Part shown: positions 29,173 to 39,972 of the stretch, one piece after another
Layout: each line of letters starts with the position of its first letter
Numbering within the stretch: the first letter of the stretch is position 1
Assembly (NCBI GenBank): GCA_947574135.1
Contig: CANPIM010000001.1
Coordinates: forward strand, 57,447-121,446
DNA length: 64,000 nt
Source: an uncultured Lachnospiraceae bacterium
GTDB taxonomy: Bacteria > Bacillota > Clostridia > Lachnospirales > Lachnospiraceae
Direction: 5' to 3'
Made by a program: the position numbers and the translations under genes
The notes under the pieces: generated by a model
Told to the model about the DNA's origin: nothing
Seen by the model: the letters and a program-made list of their open reading frames with translations, nothing else
Database searches by the model: none

Positions 29173-30210
29173 TTAATCACTGATATGAATCACAGCTTTT
29201 ACCATATCCTGTTTCTTCTCAATACTATCCTCCAGTGCCTGGGAAATCTGGGAAAACTCATAAGAATTTGTCACGATTTTCTTCAAATTTACCCTCTTGC
29301 TCCCGGCAAGCGAAACGGCTGTAGGGTACAAATTCCGATAACGGAAAACGGTGCGCAGACTGGCCTCCTTATTCTGCAGCGTCCCAAAATCATACTCGAA
29401 TTTGGGATTTGCAGACATTCCCACCAAAACCACTGTGCCACCCCGTTTTACCAGTTTAGCCGTCTGTTGAGTGGTGACCCCGGTGCCCGCTGTCTCAAAC
29501 ACCAGATCTGCTCCCTGCCCTTTGGTCAGTTCCAGGACCCGTTCCACGGTATCCTCTGCTTTTCCGTTTATCACTTCCGTGGCTCCTATCTCCTTTGCCA
29601 TCCCAAGTCGTTTCTCCAGGATGTCCGCCACATAAACCTCTGTGATTCCTGTGGCCTGTAAGGCCATTAACGTACAAAGCCCGATACAACCGCTTCCAAG
29701 GACAACCGCACTCTGTCCCATCCGTCCTTGTGACTGGGCCACCGCATGGAGTCCCACGCAGAAGGGCTCCAAAAGGGCTCCCTCCACCGTGCTCATATGC
29801 TCCGGAAGCTTAAACACCATATCAGCCGGGTAGGCCAGATATTCCACAAAAGCTCCGTCATAAGGCGGCGTAGCCAAAAAAACCACATCCGGACACAGAT
29901 TGTATCTTCCGGTCCTGCAAAATTCACAGGTTCCACAGGGAATCCCGGGTTCTACGGCTACCCTGTCTCCCACGCGTATATTCCTTACCGCTTTTCCAAC
30001 CTCCGTGATCTCCCCCGCACATTCATGTCCCAAAATCATGGGGTTTTCCACCACGAAATCTCCAATCCTTCCGTGCTCATAGTAATGTACATCCGAGCCG
30101 CAGATCCCGCAATCCATTACCCGGATCAGCACCTCATTTTCCCGGATTTTCGGCATAGGCCGTTCCTGCTCCTCAACTCTACGGATGCCGGTCATTACAG
30201 AAGCTCTCAT
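29173..30210 (-). CDS. Zn-dependent polyol dehydrogenase (sorbitol/xylitol dehydrogenase-like)
   Basis: CGSDVH, GHE, structural-Zn C..C..C.......C and G.G.IG. Confidence 0.93.
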   Translation of the reverse strand: MRASVMTGIRRVEEQERPMPKIRENEVLIRVMDCGICGSDVHYYEHGRIGDFVVENPMILGHECAGEITEVGKAVRNIRVGDRVAVEPGIPCGTCEFCRTGRYNLCPDVVFLATPPYDGAFVEYLAYPADMVFKLPEHMSTVEGALLEPFCVGLHAVAQSQGRMGQSAVVLGSGCIGLCTLMALQATGITEVYVADILEKRLGMAKEIGATEVINGKAEDTVERVLELTKGQGADLVFETAGTGVTTQQTAKLVKRGGTVVLVGMSANPKFEYDFGTLQNKEASLRTVFRYRNLYPTAVSLAGSKRVNLKKIVTNSYEFSQISQALEDSIEKKQDMVKAVIHISD

Positions 30211-30222
30211 CCCTACTCCTCC

Positions 30223-30771
30223 TTATTCCTCAACCTTCGGCAGGCGATCAATCCTGGGGTCCGTAAAAATATCATATTCATCAAAGCTTGGGGTGCTAAA
30301 CTCGGAGATTACGGCTCCCTCCTCTCCCGCCTGAAACCAGTGCTTTGTATTGGGCTCCATGGTATACTGCTCTCCCCCGTGCAATACGATCTGGTGAAAT
30401 ACCGTGTAGGTTCCCTCATGCCCTGCGGGGACCTGGTCTCTTCCGCCCTTGGTCTCCTCACCCTCCACATAGAGGAATACGCTTCCGTAACGGCAGCGGA
30501 AGGTTTCCTCCTTTCCGGGATACTTCTTTTCCGGAATAGGCGCATGGGTATGCTCCGGACAGGTCTGCCCGGGAAACAAGACCATTTCCTTGGCACAGCA
30601 GCGACTGGTATTGATATAGGTGAGCAGGGTAAGTCCTACCCGTTCAAAGTCTGCCAGTCCAAAATCCGCCACCTCTATTTTCTTTTTCTCCTGGGGAGTC
30701 AGTACAATCCCCGCCTTATCATAATATTCCAGCGCTCTCTCACAAACCGCTTGATAAACCTCTTTTCGCAT
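30223..30771 (-). CDS. D-lyxose/D-mannose ketol-isomerase family cupin
   Basis: YCAKE-like segment, QTCPEH.H, KEETF, HWFQA and SEFS. Confidence 0.88.
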   Translation of the reverse strand: MRKEVYQAVCERALEYYDKAGIVLTPQEKKKIEVADFGLADFERVGLTLLTYINTSRCCAKEMVLFPGQTCPEHTHAPIPEKKYPGKEETFRCRYGSVFLYVEGEETKGGRDQVPAGHEGTYTVFHQIVLHGGEQYTMEPNTKHWFQAGEEGAVISEFSTPSFDEYDIFTDPRIDRLPKVEE

Positions 30772-30807
30772 ATGGAATCCTTTCCTCTCTTTCTTCCAGA
30801 ATTTCTT

Positions 30808-33339
30808 TCAGCGCACGGCCCCCACAGACAAGGCCTTTCCCTTTGCGCCCTTTACCCGTATGGTTTTTGTCTCCCCCGGAAGCAGGTCAAAATAATTATC
30901 GCTGCAATCCAGATCCCCTTTTACATATACCCCGTGTACATATCCGGCGGACGTCAGGGTAATCAACCGATCCGCATCTGCATCCTTCATCTCCAAAACC
31001 TGAACCTGACTTTGCTCATATCGAAGCTTCCGATTGTCCTCCATGCGCAGACTGATATTGTCAATCTCTTCATGGTCCACATACAGCATATAGGTTCCGG
31101 AGAGCATGTCGTAGTCCCCCGGCTCCTCCTCAAGGACATAGGCTCTGGAATGAGGCGGAAGCACAAAGGATACCTCTCTGGTTTTATCCACTTTTCCGTC
31201 AAAGGATACATAGCCAAAGCGTCCCCTCACCTCTATCTCCTGGGGCGTGTCATTCAATCCCTGGAGGACTACCCGGTTATCTACCATGCGAAGGGTGAAT
31301 TTCTTATGGGCCAGGGCCCGTTTTACCCCATAGAAGGGGATTTTCCTCCGCAGATAATAATCAATAATGGTCCAGCCCACTTCTCCCCAGGCATCGTTAT
31401 ACATCCAGAACAATCCGCCTCCGCACTGCTGCTTAAAGCGCATAGCCTCCAGGGAATACCCATACATCAGGCTGTGGCACATGCCGCCGTACAAAATATA
31501 GTCCTCCATGGATAAATTCTCCGGATGATCCAGATAATTTTTCTCAATGACCGCGTTTATCGTGCCCTTTTCAAACACATTGCTGTGCATATGCCAGATT
31601 TCGCTTTCCCGATCAAGAGGCGCCTCCTCCATGTACTCCCGGGTGCTCTCCAGGCAGCAGGGACCGATAAATCCATATTCACTGATAAATTTGGATTCGA
31701 TAGTATCATAATCCTTTGCCTCAATGCGCTCCTCCATCTTCTTGCTCATCAGCGCATTATGCCACCGGTGCACATCTCCCACCGTGTCAGAATTGGGAAG
31801 CTTCCCTCCATAGGGCGAGCTGTTCCAGTAGGGAATCTCCTTGCAGTTTTTATGGATGATCTCTTTGGCCAGTACATTGGCCACCCAAAGTCCATAGGGA
31901 TGCTCATAGGTAAACTCGATATTCCAGCGGGGATTATCAATGGAATTGAAAATCCAGTGCACCTCATTGGTTCCGCAAAACAGCCCTAAACAGCAATGAT
32001 TCCTAAGCCGCTTTGTCTGGTAATCAAATTCCTTTGCCATCTCGTCCCGGAACCACTGGTGATGATCCGGATAGGTGGAGCAGGCAAACATAAAATCATG
32101 CCACAAGAGAATTCCCTTTTTGTCGCAGAGCTCATAGAAAATCTCCCTCTCATAAAGCCCTCCGCCCCACACACGGATCATATTAAAGTTTGCCTCCACA
32201 GCCTCATCTGTCAGCACATGATACTTCTTTTCCGGTACTCTGGCGTAAATAAAATCATTGGGTATCCAGTTTCCACCCTTGCAGTAAATCACCTGTCCGT
32301 TGACAATTAATTGGAAGTTTCGATCTTCTCCTTTTATCAGACTTGTGTCCAGGGTAAGGGTGCGGATTCCATAGCGGAACATGGGCCAGCTCTCCTCAAT
32401 CCCTTCAGAAAGGACCTTGATCTCCACCTCATACAGGGGCTGCTCTCCATAGCCGTTGGGCCACCAAAGCTCTGCATGGTCCAAATCCAGCTCAGTCTCC
32501 ACATAATTATATCCGGAGGTGAGAAGCTCCCCGGGCAGAAGCTTTTCCGCCGCCTGCCTTCCATCCTTGCAAATGCGAATCTGCACATCGCAGGACCGGG
32601 TTCCGATAAAGCTTAAGTTCTCCACATTGACAGTGGCCTTTAGCTTTGCGCCTTGGCCATCGGCCCCTGTATGTATTTTCAACGTCTCCAGATGAATGTC
32701 CCGAATGGCAATGCTTTTATAGCCCCTCAAAAAAACATTGCCTGTGATGCCAACGGTAATTACCTTTGGCCCCCAGTCCCAGCCCACGGTGTATTGGGGA
32801 CGCCGTACAAAGGAGCGCCGGGCGTCTCCCCGAAACTTTCCACCATTTCTGCTCTCTAAGCTTACCGCATGGTCAAGCTCCGCCAAATCCTCCTCGGATA
32901 CCTCCTCCAGGCCACTGGTCACCCGAACCGTAAGGATATTTTCCCCCTCTGTTAAAAACTCCTTCACATCATAGACAAAGGGATAATGTACATTTCGATG
33001 GGTCCCGATATGATGTCCGTTTAGAAAGATATCACTTCTTGTATCCAGTCCCTCCAGAACCAGCTCTATCATGTCATCCTCCCAATCCAATGTGGCTCCG
33101 GAAAAGCGTTTTACAAACCACCAGGACCGGTTCTCAATCCATTCCGACTCCCGGCAATAATCGGACTGCAGCGGCTCCTTGATCACGCCCTTCTCCAAAA
33201 GGGGCATTCGTACATCCGCCGGAAGATCGCAGTCATACCACCCTTCTTTTCCTGCCTCCACAACACTTGCATAGCTTTTGTCCCATTTCAGAGGCGCCTC
33301 CTTCAGACGCCAGCCTTTCTTTAGCTCTAAAATTTTCAT
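30808..33339 (-). CDS. GH2 beta-mannosidase-like glycoside hydrolase
   Basis: WDWGP, LWWPNGYG.QPLY, KGGNWIP, NMIRVWGGG, WHDFMFAC, GTNE and SEYG. Confidence 0.93.
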   Translation of the reverse strand: MKILELKKGWRLKEAPLKWDKSYASVVEAGKEGWYDCDLPADVRMPLLEKGVIKEPLQSDYCRESEWIENRSWWFVKRFSGATLDWEDDMIELVLEGLDTRSDIFLNGHHIGTHRNVHYPFVYDVKEFLTEGENILTVRVTSGLEEVSEEDLAELDHAVSLESRNGGKFRGDARRSFVRRPQYTVGWDWGPKVITVGITGNVFLRGYKSIAIRDIHLETLKIHTGADGQGAKLKATVNVENLSFIGTRSCDVQIRICKDGRQAAEKLLPGELLTSGYNYVETELDLDHAELWWPNGYGEQPLYEVEIKVLSEGIEESWPMFRYGIRTLTLDTSLIKGEDRNFQLIVNGQVIYCKGGNWIPNDFIYARVPEKKYHVLTDEAVEANFNMIRVWGGGLYEREIFYELCDKKGILLWHDFMFACSTYPDHHQWFRDEMAKEFDYQTKRLRNHCCLGLFCGTNEVHWIFNSIDNPRWNIEFTYEHPYGLWVANVLAKEIIHKNCKEIPYWNSSPYGGKLPNSDTVGDVHRWHNALMSKKMEERIEAKDYDTIESKFISEYGFIGPCCLESTREYMEEAPLDRESEIWHMHSNVFEKGTINAVIEKNYLDHPENLSMEDYILYGGMCHSLMYGYSLEAMRFKQQCGGGLFWMYNDAWGEVGWTIIDYYLRRKIPFYGVKRALAHKKFTLRMVDNRVVLQGLNDTPQEIEVRGRFGYVSFDGKVDKTREVSFVLPPHSRAYVLEEEPGDYDMLSGTYMLYVDHEEIDNISLRMEDNRKLRYEQSQVQVLEMKDADADRLITLTSAGYVHGVYVKGDLDCSDNYFDLLPGETKTIRVKGAKGKALSVGAVR

Positions 33340-33359
33340 AATGTTATGAAACCTCCTTT

Positions 33360-34196
33360 TTAACCCTTTACGGCCCCTGCTACCATGCCTTTTATAATTT
33401 GCTTGGAGAATATAAAATACAGGAGCATAGCCGGGAAAATTGCCAGCAGCATAGCTGTCATCATTTTGGGGAAATCCGTACTAAATTGGCCCTTAAAGAG
33501 TGTGATCCCTACAGGCACGGTCATCCATTTCTCTGAATCAATCAGAATCAGGGAAAAGGTAAATTCATTCCATACATAAAAAAACTGAATAATTCCAATG
33601 GTTACTAAAATTGGCACGCACATGGGCAAAATAATGGAAAAAATCGTGCGGTACCGGGAGCTGCCGTCAATGGCTGCCGCCTCCTCCACCTCAATGGGCA
33701 TGGATTTCACATAGCTTTCCACCAAAAACACGGAGATGGGAAGTCCAAGGGCCGTATAGGGCAACACCAGGGTAAACCAATTATCCGTAAGCCCTGCCTT
33801 TGTAAACAGAACATACATGGGGACCATTAGGGCATGAACCGGAACCAGCATCCCTAAAAGAAAATATCCGTACAGCATGTTCCTTCCCCGAAACCGATAG
33901 CGGGAAAGAAAATATCCAATAATAAATCCAAAAAGCAGGATAAAAAACAGGGCCAAACCGCTGTTGCGGATGCTGTTTCCCAGCCAGGTAATAAAATTAC
34001 TCTTGGTCAGTATATCGATGTAATGCTGAAAGCTTGGGTGCTGGGGCAGCGCAATGGGGCTGTGATAAAACTCTGCCTTTTCTTTCAAAGAGGAGTAAAA
34101 CAGCCAAATTGCCGGAAAAATGCAGGTGAAGGAAAACACCATCAGCAATGCGTTGGGAATCCAATGAAGCAGGCTCCCTTTATTTTCCTTTTTCAA
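33360..34196 (-). CDS. Carbohydrate ABC permease (MalG-like)
   Basis: EAA loop EEAAAIDG.S and WNEF. Confidence 0.95.
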   Translation of the reverse strand: MKKENKGSLLHWIPNALLMVFSFTCIFPAIWLFYSSLKEKAEFYHSPIALPQHPSFQHYIDILTKSNFITWLGNSIRNSGLALFFILLFGFIIGYFLSRYRFRGRNMLYGYFLLGMLVPVHALMVPMYVLFTKAGLTDNWFTLVLPYTALGLPISVFLVESYVKSMPIEVEEAAAIDGSSRYRTIFSIILPMCVPILVTIGIIQFFYVWNEFTFSLILIDSEKWMTVPVGITLFKGQFSTDFPKMMTAMLLAIFPAMLLYFIFSKQIIKGMVAGAVKG

Positions 34197-35086
34197 ATCT
34201 CCTCACCTCCTGTAAACCGAAGCAGCAAGCTTCTGCTGCCCCCTACCAGAATCAGACTGACGATTAAAATTACAATGGACATGGCGCTTCCATAACCCAT
34301 CTTAAAGGACAAGAAAGAGGTTTTATACGCATACATGGCCATTACGCTGCTGGAATAGCCCGGTCCCCCGTTGGTCAGGGAATAGATAAGGTCAAAAATT
34401 TTCATATTGCCCGCAATACACAGGGTCACACACACAATCAGCGTATTTTTAATCAGGGGAAGTGTAATATATACCGCCTTTTTCCATCCGCTGGCGCCGT
34501 CAATCTCCGCCATCTCAAAAATCTCCGAATCCACAGACGCCAGGGCCGACATAATAATAATCATATAGTAGCCAATATATTGCCAAATCAGAGGAATCGC
34601 CACCAGGGGCAACACCAGCTTGTCATTGTTCAGCCAGGCCTGCACCTTATCTCCCATTCCGATAAAGGTCAGAAAGGAATTCAATAGCCCATAATTGTAG
34701 TCATAAATCAGACTCCAGATAAATCCCACCACTACAGCCGAGAGAACCGCAGGGAAGTAGCTCATCACCCGGTGAAAGCCCTTTAGCTTTATATGGCGGC
34801 CGCTGAGCAAAAAGGCCAGAATAAACGCTATGCCAATCTGTCCAATCAGGCATACTACCGTCAAATAAATATTGTTAAACAGAGACTTCCGAAAAACCGG
34901 GTCTTTCATGACCTCTATGAAATTTTGAAGTCCCACAAAAGTCTTTTTGGCGCCTCCGCTCCAGTCAAAAAATCCATAATATCCGGCCAGAATAACTGGA
35001 ATCAGAATAATAAAGCTATACCATAGAAGTCCGGGCAGCATGCACAAGAAGATGCTGCTTTTTTTCATTTTCAGGCAAGTTTTCAT
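34193..35086 (-). CDS. Carbohydrate ABC permease (MalF-like)
   Basis: FVGLQNF, EMAEIDGAS, TNGGPG and G..SA. ATG at 35086 after AGGAGG. Confidence 0.95.
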   Translation of the reverse strand: MKTCLKMKKSSIFLCMLPGLLWYSFIILIPVILAGYYGFFDWSGGAKKTFVGLQNFIEVMKDPVFRKSLFNNIYLTVVCLIGQIGIAFILAFLLSGRHIKLKGFHRVMSYFPAVLSAVVVGFIWSLIYDYNYGLLNSFLTFIGMGDKVQAWLNNDKLVLPLVAIPLIWQYIGYYMIIIMSALASVDSEIFEMAEIDGASGWKKAVYITLPLIKNTLIVCVTLCIAGNMKIFDLIYSLTNGGPGYSSSVMAMYAYKTSFLSFKMGYGSAMSIVILIVSLILVGGSRSLLLRFTGGEEI

Positions 35087-35105
35087 ATTCCCTCCTATTA
35101 TTTTT

Positions 35106-35136
35106 AAAGGATGCCGCATGGATTACGGCATCCTTT
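35106..35136. terminator. Stem-loop after the SBP gene (partial terminator or mRNA stabiliser)
   Basis: AAAGGATGCCG-N9-CGGCATCCTTT. Confidence 0.75.
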
Positions 35137-35143
35137 TTAATTC

Positions 35144-36483
35144 TTACAGCTTATCCTGCTCCGCCTGAATCTCTGCCGCCAGATCCTCCGGGGTCTTGGT
35201 TCCATTCAGTAAATCTTGCATTCCTGTATTCATGGCCTCGATGACCGCGCCGTCCATTTGCAGATCATAGGTGGGCGTCAAATCCACCGTATTCATCAGG
35301 GCAATGAAATCCAAAGTCAGCTGAGAAAATGCCGTGGTATCCACATCCTCCACAATTCCTGCGCCAATCAGGCCGTAGGTCTGGGTGGCATATTCCGCCA
35401 TCTCATAGCCAGTGGTCTTAAGCAGGAAATCCATAGCCAAATCCAGCTTCTCCCCTGTCAGATTTTTGTTGACCGCAAAGTACCATCCACAACCGCCAGA
35501 GATGCTGTCCGCCTTTCCTCTATCCACAGCCGGAAGAATGGCTACCTTGGTCTGTCCCAGAATCGTATCATCCGCAAAGGAACTGATAGCCGCAATCCCC
35601 CAGTGTCCGGATACTGTAGCAGCTGCCTTTCCCTGGGCATAATACTCTGCCGCCTGGGTATCGGAAATCGTATTGAAATCCGGGTTAAACAGCTTCTCCG
35701 TAGCCATTCTCTGCATAAGCTCCAGAGCCTTCACAAAGGAATCATCCGTAATTTTGCCGTTCCGTCCTTGGCAATGATACTCTGGGTCCACTTTTGTCCT
35801 GTATACCGATCTCCAATGGTGGAGAGCAGGCAGGACTCCGCCGGCCATTTATCCTTATTGCCTAAAGAGAATGCGGAAATTCCCTTCTCCTCAAACTTCT
35901 TGGCGGCGGCAAAGATATCCTCCCAATTGTCCGGAAATGTATCGTATCCCGCTTCCTTCCAGAGATTTTCATTATAGTATACAATGGAGGTCAGAGACAT
36001 CTGATTGGGCATGCCATAAATCTGTCCGTCTCTGGTGGCCACATCAAACACGCCGCTTTTAAACTGATCCTTGTATTCATACTGATCCAGATAATCATTG
36101 ATGGGAGCCATCAAATCATTCTCCACAAAATTATCCACCCAGGAGCCCTTTACCATAAATATGTCCGGCATTTCATTTACCGCGGCCTGGGCCTGAATCT
36201 TTGTCGTGTAATCGCTCTGCGACATAGCCTGCTGGGTTACGGTAACATTGGGATTCTCCTCCTGCCATTTTTCCAGCATCGTCAGATAGCTGTCGCCCAC
36301 CGCATTGCTCTGTCGCTCCTCCTCCAGATAATAATGAGCTACCGTAAGCTCCATTTTGTCTCCGTTCGCCTCTGTCCCGGAGGTTCCTGCCTCCTGAGTA
36401 CCGGATTCGGAGCCAGATCCGCAGGCGGTAAGCACCAGGGCCGCAGCCATAATCCCCGCTATCAAACGCATTCTCTTTCTCAT
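35144..36483 (-). pseudogene. Carbohydrate ABC substrate-binding lipoprotein with a 1-nt frameshift
   Basis: ATG at 36483, lipobox LTAC. GCA AAA TT ACG GAT at ~35750 lacks one base; restoring TTT gives AKFTDDSFVKAL and joins ORFs 35731..36588 and 35144..35848. Confidence 0.8.
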
Positions 36484-36752
36484 GTTTATATCCTCCCTTT
36501 CTGCCTTTTGTCCAGGCCTTGCTGTATTTGTTAAGCTTATTATAATGAATTTTCCAAATGAAAAAACCCGAGGAATTGCCTTTGACATCTCCCGAATTTT
36601 ACTATCCCTTTCTCCTCTTTTGCCCTTTGCATGAAAAATATCTCCATTTTTTGCTTTTTATCCATCAAATCTGTCCATTCTTTTTCCTTCGTTGAAGTTT
36701 CCACCTGTAAATGCTAAAATAAAGCCAAATAAGGCAGGAAGGAGGTCTCTCC

Positions 36753-38492
36753 ATGCACAAATCCATTTCTATGCGCAAGCAAATCACCATTCTGTTCATC
36801 TGTCTGGTAACCCTTCCCATATTGCTTATCTACACGGTGGCAAGTCATATTTTTATCCAAAACTCCCGGCAGGATTTAAAGATCATTTATACTGCAAATA
36901 TTCAGGAGATGGGAACAAATCTGGAAGGCATTTTTCAAAACGCCCTGGAATTATCCCAGTATCCCCTGATGGAACAGTCTCTCCGCACATATCTCACCGC
37001 GGACAGCACAAGCGCTAATTACATGATCTTTAAGCAAAACGCCAGCGCTATGCTGGACTCCATTCCCTATGGCTACAAAACGGCCATTCATGATATCGGA
37101 ATCCATACGGAAGAGGGAGACTCCATTATATCCAATAATAATGTAAAGCTGTCCCAGGAGGATCGAAGCGTCTTATCCCAGATGGAAACCCGCCCCTATT
37201 GGGATTATTCCAGCTGCGCCCACTCCAGAGACTACATTTATCTCATGCGCCATTTGCGCAATCCCAGCGCCCTTTCCCAGTATGTGGGCTATATCAAGCT
37301 AGCAATCCAAAGCTCCGCACTGCGTACTACTATGTTAAACAGCCGGCAGAATGAACAAACCTCCTACTTTCTGCTCACTCCCCAAAGCCACCTGGTCACC
37401 TGGATCGATGACGCCCATTATCTGGAATATAAGGAGGCTGATTTTACCTACGAACAGCTACAGGAAAAGAGGGCCCTGGAGGGCTCCAGCTGGCTTTGGG
37501 AAAATTGTCTTGTCTCCTCCTATGAATTGGAAAACGGATTGATGCTTTACAGCATTACCCAGCCGGAAATTTTAACCCAGGTCAGCCATACCTTCCTGAC
37601 AACCATGACAATACTGGCTATCCTGGTATTTCTCTTCTCTCTTTTGCTCTCCCTGTATTTTTCCCGGATCATTACCAGACCGCTGAAAATATTGGGGGAT
37701 CATATGACCTCTTTGTCTCAGGAAAACTTCTCTGTCCGCGCCCAAATAAAGGGCTGCTCAGAGATCACAGTTTTGACAGAGCATTTCAACCAGATGGCCC
37801 AGCGCCTGGAATTTTTATACAATGAGGTTTATATGGGAGAATTAAAGTGGAAGCAATCTCAGCTAAAGGCCCTGCAGGCCCAGATCAACCCCCATTTTCT
37901 CTATAATACCCTGGATACCATCTACTGGATGTCAAAAATGGGAGAAACCGAACAAGTCAGCGCTATGGTTTCCAACCTTTCCCAGATGATGCGCACCACT
38001 CTGACCCCCACATCCAATGACAAAATTCCGCTGAAAAAAGAGCTGGAGCATTTAAACTGTTACATCGCAATTCAACAAATCCGGTATGGGAAAAAAATCC
38101 AGTTTCTTGTCACCTGCCCTCCCCATCTGGAGCAGCTTTCCGTTCTCTGCTTTTTGCTCCAGCCTTTAGTGGAAAACGCTTTGGTGCACGGCTTGTCCAA
38201 CTGTCTGAGTGGGATTGTCAAAGTTCACATCTTCGAGGAGGGCCCGGCTTTGATCTATGAGGTGTCCAATAATGGAACCCCCATCGACGAAGAGGATATC
38301 CATGCCATCATTACCAGCCCGGAGCGCTCCCTTCGCGGATTTGCCCTGCGAAACATTGGGGAGCGCATTCAGCTGAAATACGGGAAACAATATGGGCTGA
38401 GCTGTTATCGGGATCAGGAGTTCAGTACATTTCGAATCACCCAGCCGAAAGAAAAGGAGAATTCCAATGACGAAAATATTACTTGTGGATGA
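36753..38492 (+). CDS. YesM-like sensor histidine kinase
   Basis: LQAQINPHFLYNTL and LQPLVENA, with a HAMP domain. Confidence 0.95.
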   Translation: MHKSISMRKQITILFICLVTLPILLIYTVASHIFIQNSRQDLKIIYTANIQEMGTNLEGIFQNALELSQYPLMEQSLRTYLTADSTSANYMIFKQNASAMLDSIPYGYKTAIHDIGIHTEEGDSIISNNNVKLSQEDRSVLSQMETRPYWDYSSCAHSRDYIYLMRHLRNPSALSQYVGYIKLAIQSSALRTTMLNSRQNEQTSYFLLTPQSHLVTWIDDAHYLEYKEADFTYEQLQEKRALEGSSWLWENCLVSSYELENGLMLYSITQPEILTQVSHTFLTTMTILAILVFLFSLLLSLYFSRIITRPLKILGDHMTSLSQENFSVRAQIKGCSEITVLTEHFNQMAQRLEFLYNEVYMGELKWKQSQLKALQAQINPHFLYNTLDTIYWMSKMGETEQVSAMVSNLSQMMRTTLTPTSNDKIPLKKELEHLNCYIAIQQIRYGKKIQFLVTCPPHLEQLSVLCFLLQPLVENALVHGLSNCLSGIVKVHIFEEGPALIYEVSNNGTPIDEEDIHAIITSPERSLRGFALRNIGERIQLKYGKQYGLSCYRDQEFSTFRITQPKEKENSNDENITCG

Positions 38493-39972
38493 TGAGGATT
38501 TTATACGCCAGGGAATGCGATGCACCATTCCCTGGGAGGAAAACGATCTGGAGGTCCTGGAAGCCTCCAATGGACAGGAAGCCCTGGAGCTGGCCCTGGA
38601 ACACAGGCCGGACATTGTCCTTGCAGATATTCAGATGCCCCTTATGGGCGGGCTGGAGCTGGCGAAAAGACTTGGGGTCCTGCTCCCCCAGACAAAGGTT
38701 ATCATTTTAACCGCCTATGGAAATACGGATAATCTTATGAGCGCCATTGATGTAAAGGTAAGTGGTTTTTTGGTAAAAAGTGCGGACAGCAAAAAAATCC
38801 TGGATACAGTCTTAAAAGTAAAAAGGGAGCTGGATGTGCAAAAAACCCAGGCGCAGAAGCTGAATCAGATTCAGGGGATTTTTAATGAAAATCAGACCCT
38901 GATCAAATCCACCCTGGTTTCCCGGTTTTTAAATAACCAGATTTCTTTTTCCCATTTTTCCAAAAAAGGCGCGCAGCTTGATATCAAGCTTCAGCATTCC
39001 CCTCTGGGACTGGCTATCATAAAATGCAACTGCTCCGATGAAAAGTATATTCTCGGACAATTCCTGCAGCATTTTCAGGAATATAGCCCCATCTGCTTTT
39101 TTTCTCAGCCCAAAACCCTGACTATTCTTTTGGATGCCAGCCAAAAGCCCCTTACCGCTCCTCTGTTGGAACAGATTCTTCCCAATCTGACTCCCCTTAT
39201 CCTGGGAAACTTCATAGCGGTTATGTGCCCCATACAGTCCTATGAGGAGCTTCCCATGGCTTTTAAAATCCTTCTGGACACCCTTGAGCATTGCTTTTGG
39301 AATACCGCACGTCCTTATACCATGCTCACTCCCCAGGTCCAGATCAGTCCCCAGTCTCCCCTAGAGCCCTACAACTATGAAAGGGCCATTATCAAGGCTA
39401 TTATGGGAAAAAATCCATCCGATATTTCCATAGCCTTTTCTTCTTACTATCAATACATGAAAACCCATCAGGCAACCCGGCAGGCATTTCTGGACTCGGT
39501 CCTCAGGCTGCTGGTTTTGATCAGCTCCATGCTGGAGGAGGACGTGGATATTAAGAAAATGAAAGAGCTCATTTTGGAAACCGAAACACCGGAAGAAACT
39601 CTGGATCTGGTTAGCAGCCTAACCACTCCCATCCCTCATGGCTCCTCCTTCCACTCACAAATCAGTTCCGCACTCAACTACATGCAGGAGCATTTTACCC
39701 AGGATCTCTACCTGGAGGATGTGGCCAAGGCCGTCTATCTATCTCCCGGATATCTATGCCGCATTTTTAAAAGTGAAACCGGCTACTCCTTTAAGGAGTA
39801 TCTCCACAAGCTGAGAATCGAAAAGGCCCAACAGCTTATACGGGAAACGGATCACAAATACTATGAAATTGCAGAGCTGGTGGGCTATAAAAATTATAAG
39901 TATTTCTCTTCCTATTTTAGTAAGATCACGGGATGCAGCGCCAAGGAGTATCGGATATCTACGCTGGGCTAA
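38467..39972 (+). CDS. YesN-like response regulator (REC plus AraC)
   Basis: LLVDDE, DIQMP, and a C-terminal AraC HTH (LSPGYLCRIFK; GYKNYKYFS). Confidence 0.95.
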   Translation: MTKILLVDDEDFIRQGMRCTIPWEENDLEVLEASNGQEALELALEHRPDIVLADIQMPLMGGLELAKRLGVLLPQTKVIILTAYGNTDNLMSAIDVKVSGFLVKSADSKKILDTVLKVKRELDVQKTQAQKLNQIQGIFNENQTLIKSTLVSRFLNNQISFSHFSKKGAQLDIKLQHSPLGLAIIKCNCSDEKYILGQFLQHFQEYSPICFFSQPKTLTILLDASQKPLTAPLLEQILPNLTPLILGNFIAVMCPIQSYEELPMAFKILLDTLEHCFWNTARPYTMLTPQVQISPQSPLEPYNYERAIIKAIMGKNPSDISIAFSSYYQYMKTHQATRQAFLDSVLRLLVLISSMLEEDVDIKKMKELILETETPEETLDLVSSLTTPIPHGSSFHSQISSALNYMQEHFTQDLYLEDVAKAVYLSPGYLCRIFKSETGYSFKEYLHKLRIEKAQQLIRETDHKYYEIAELVGYKNYKYFSSYFSKITGCSAKEYRISTLG

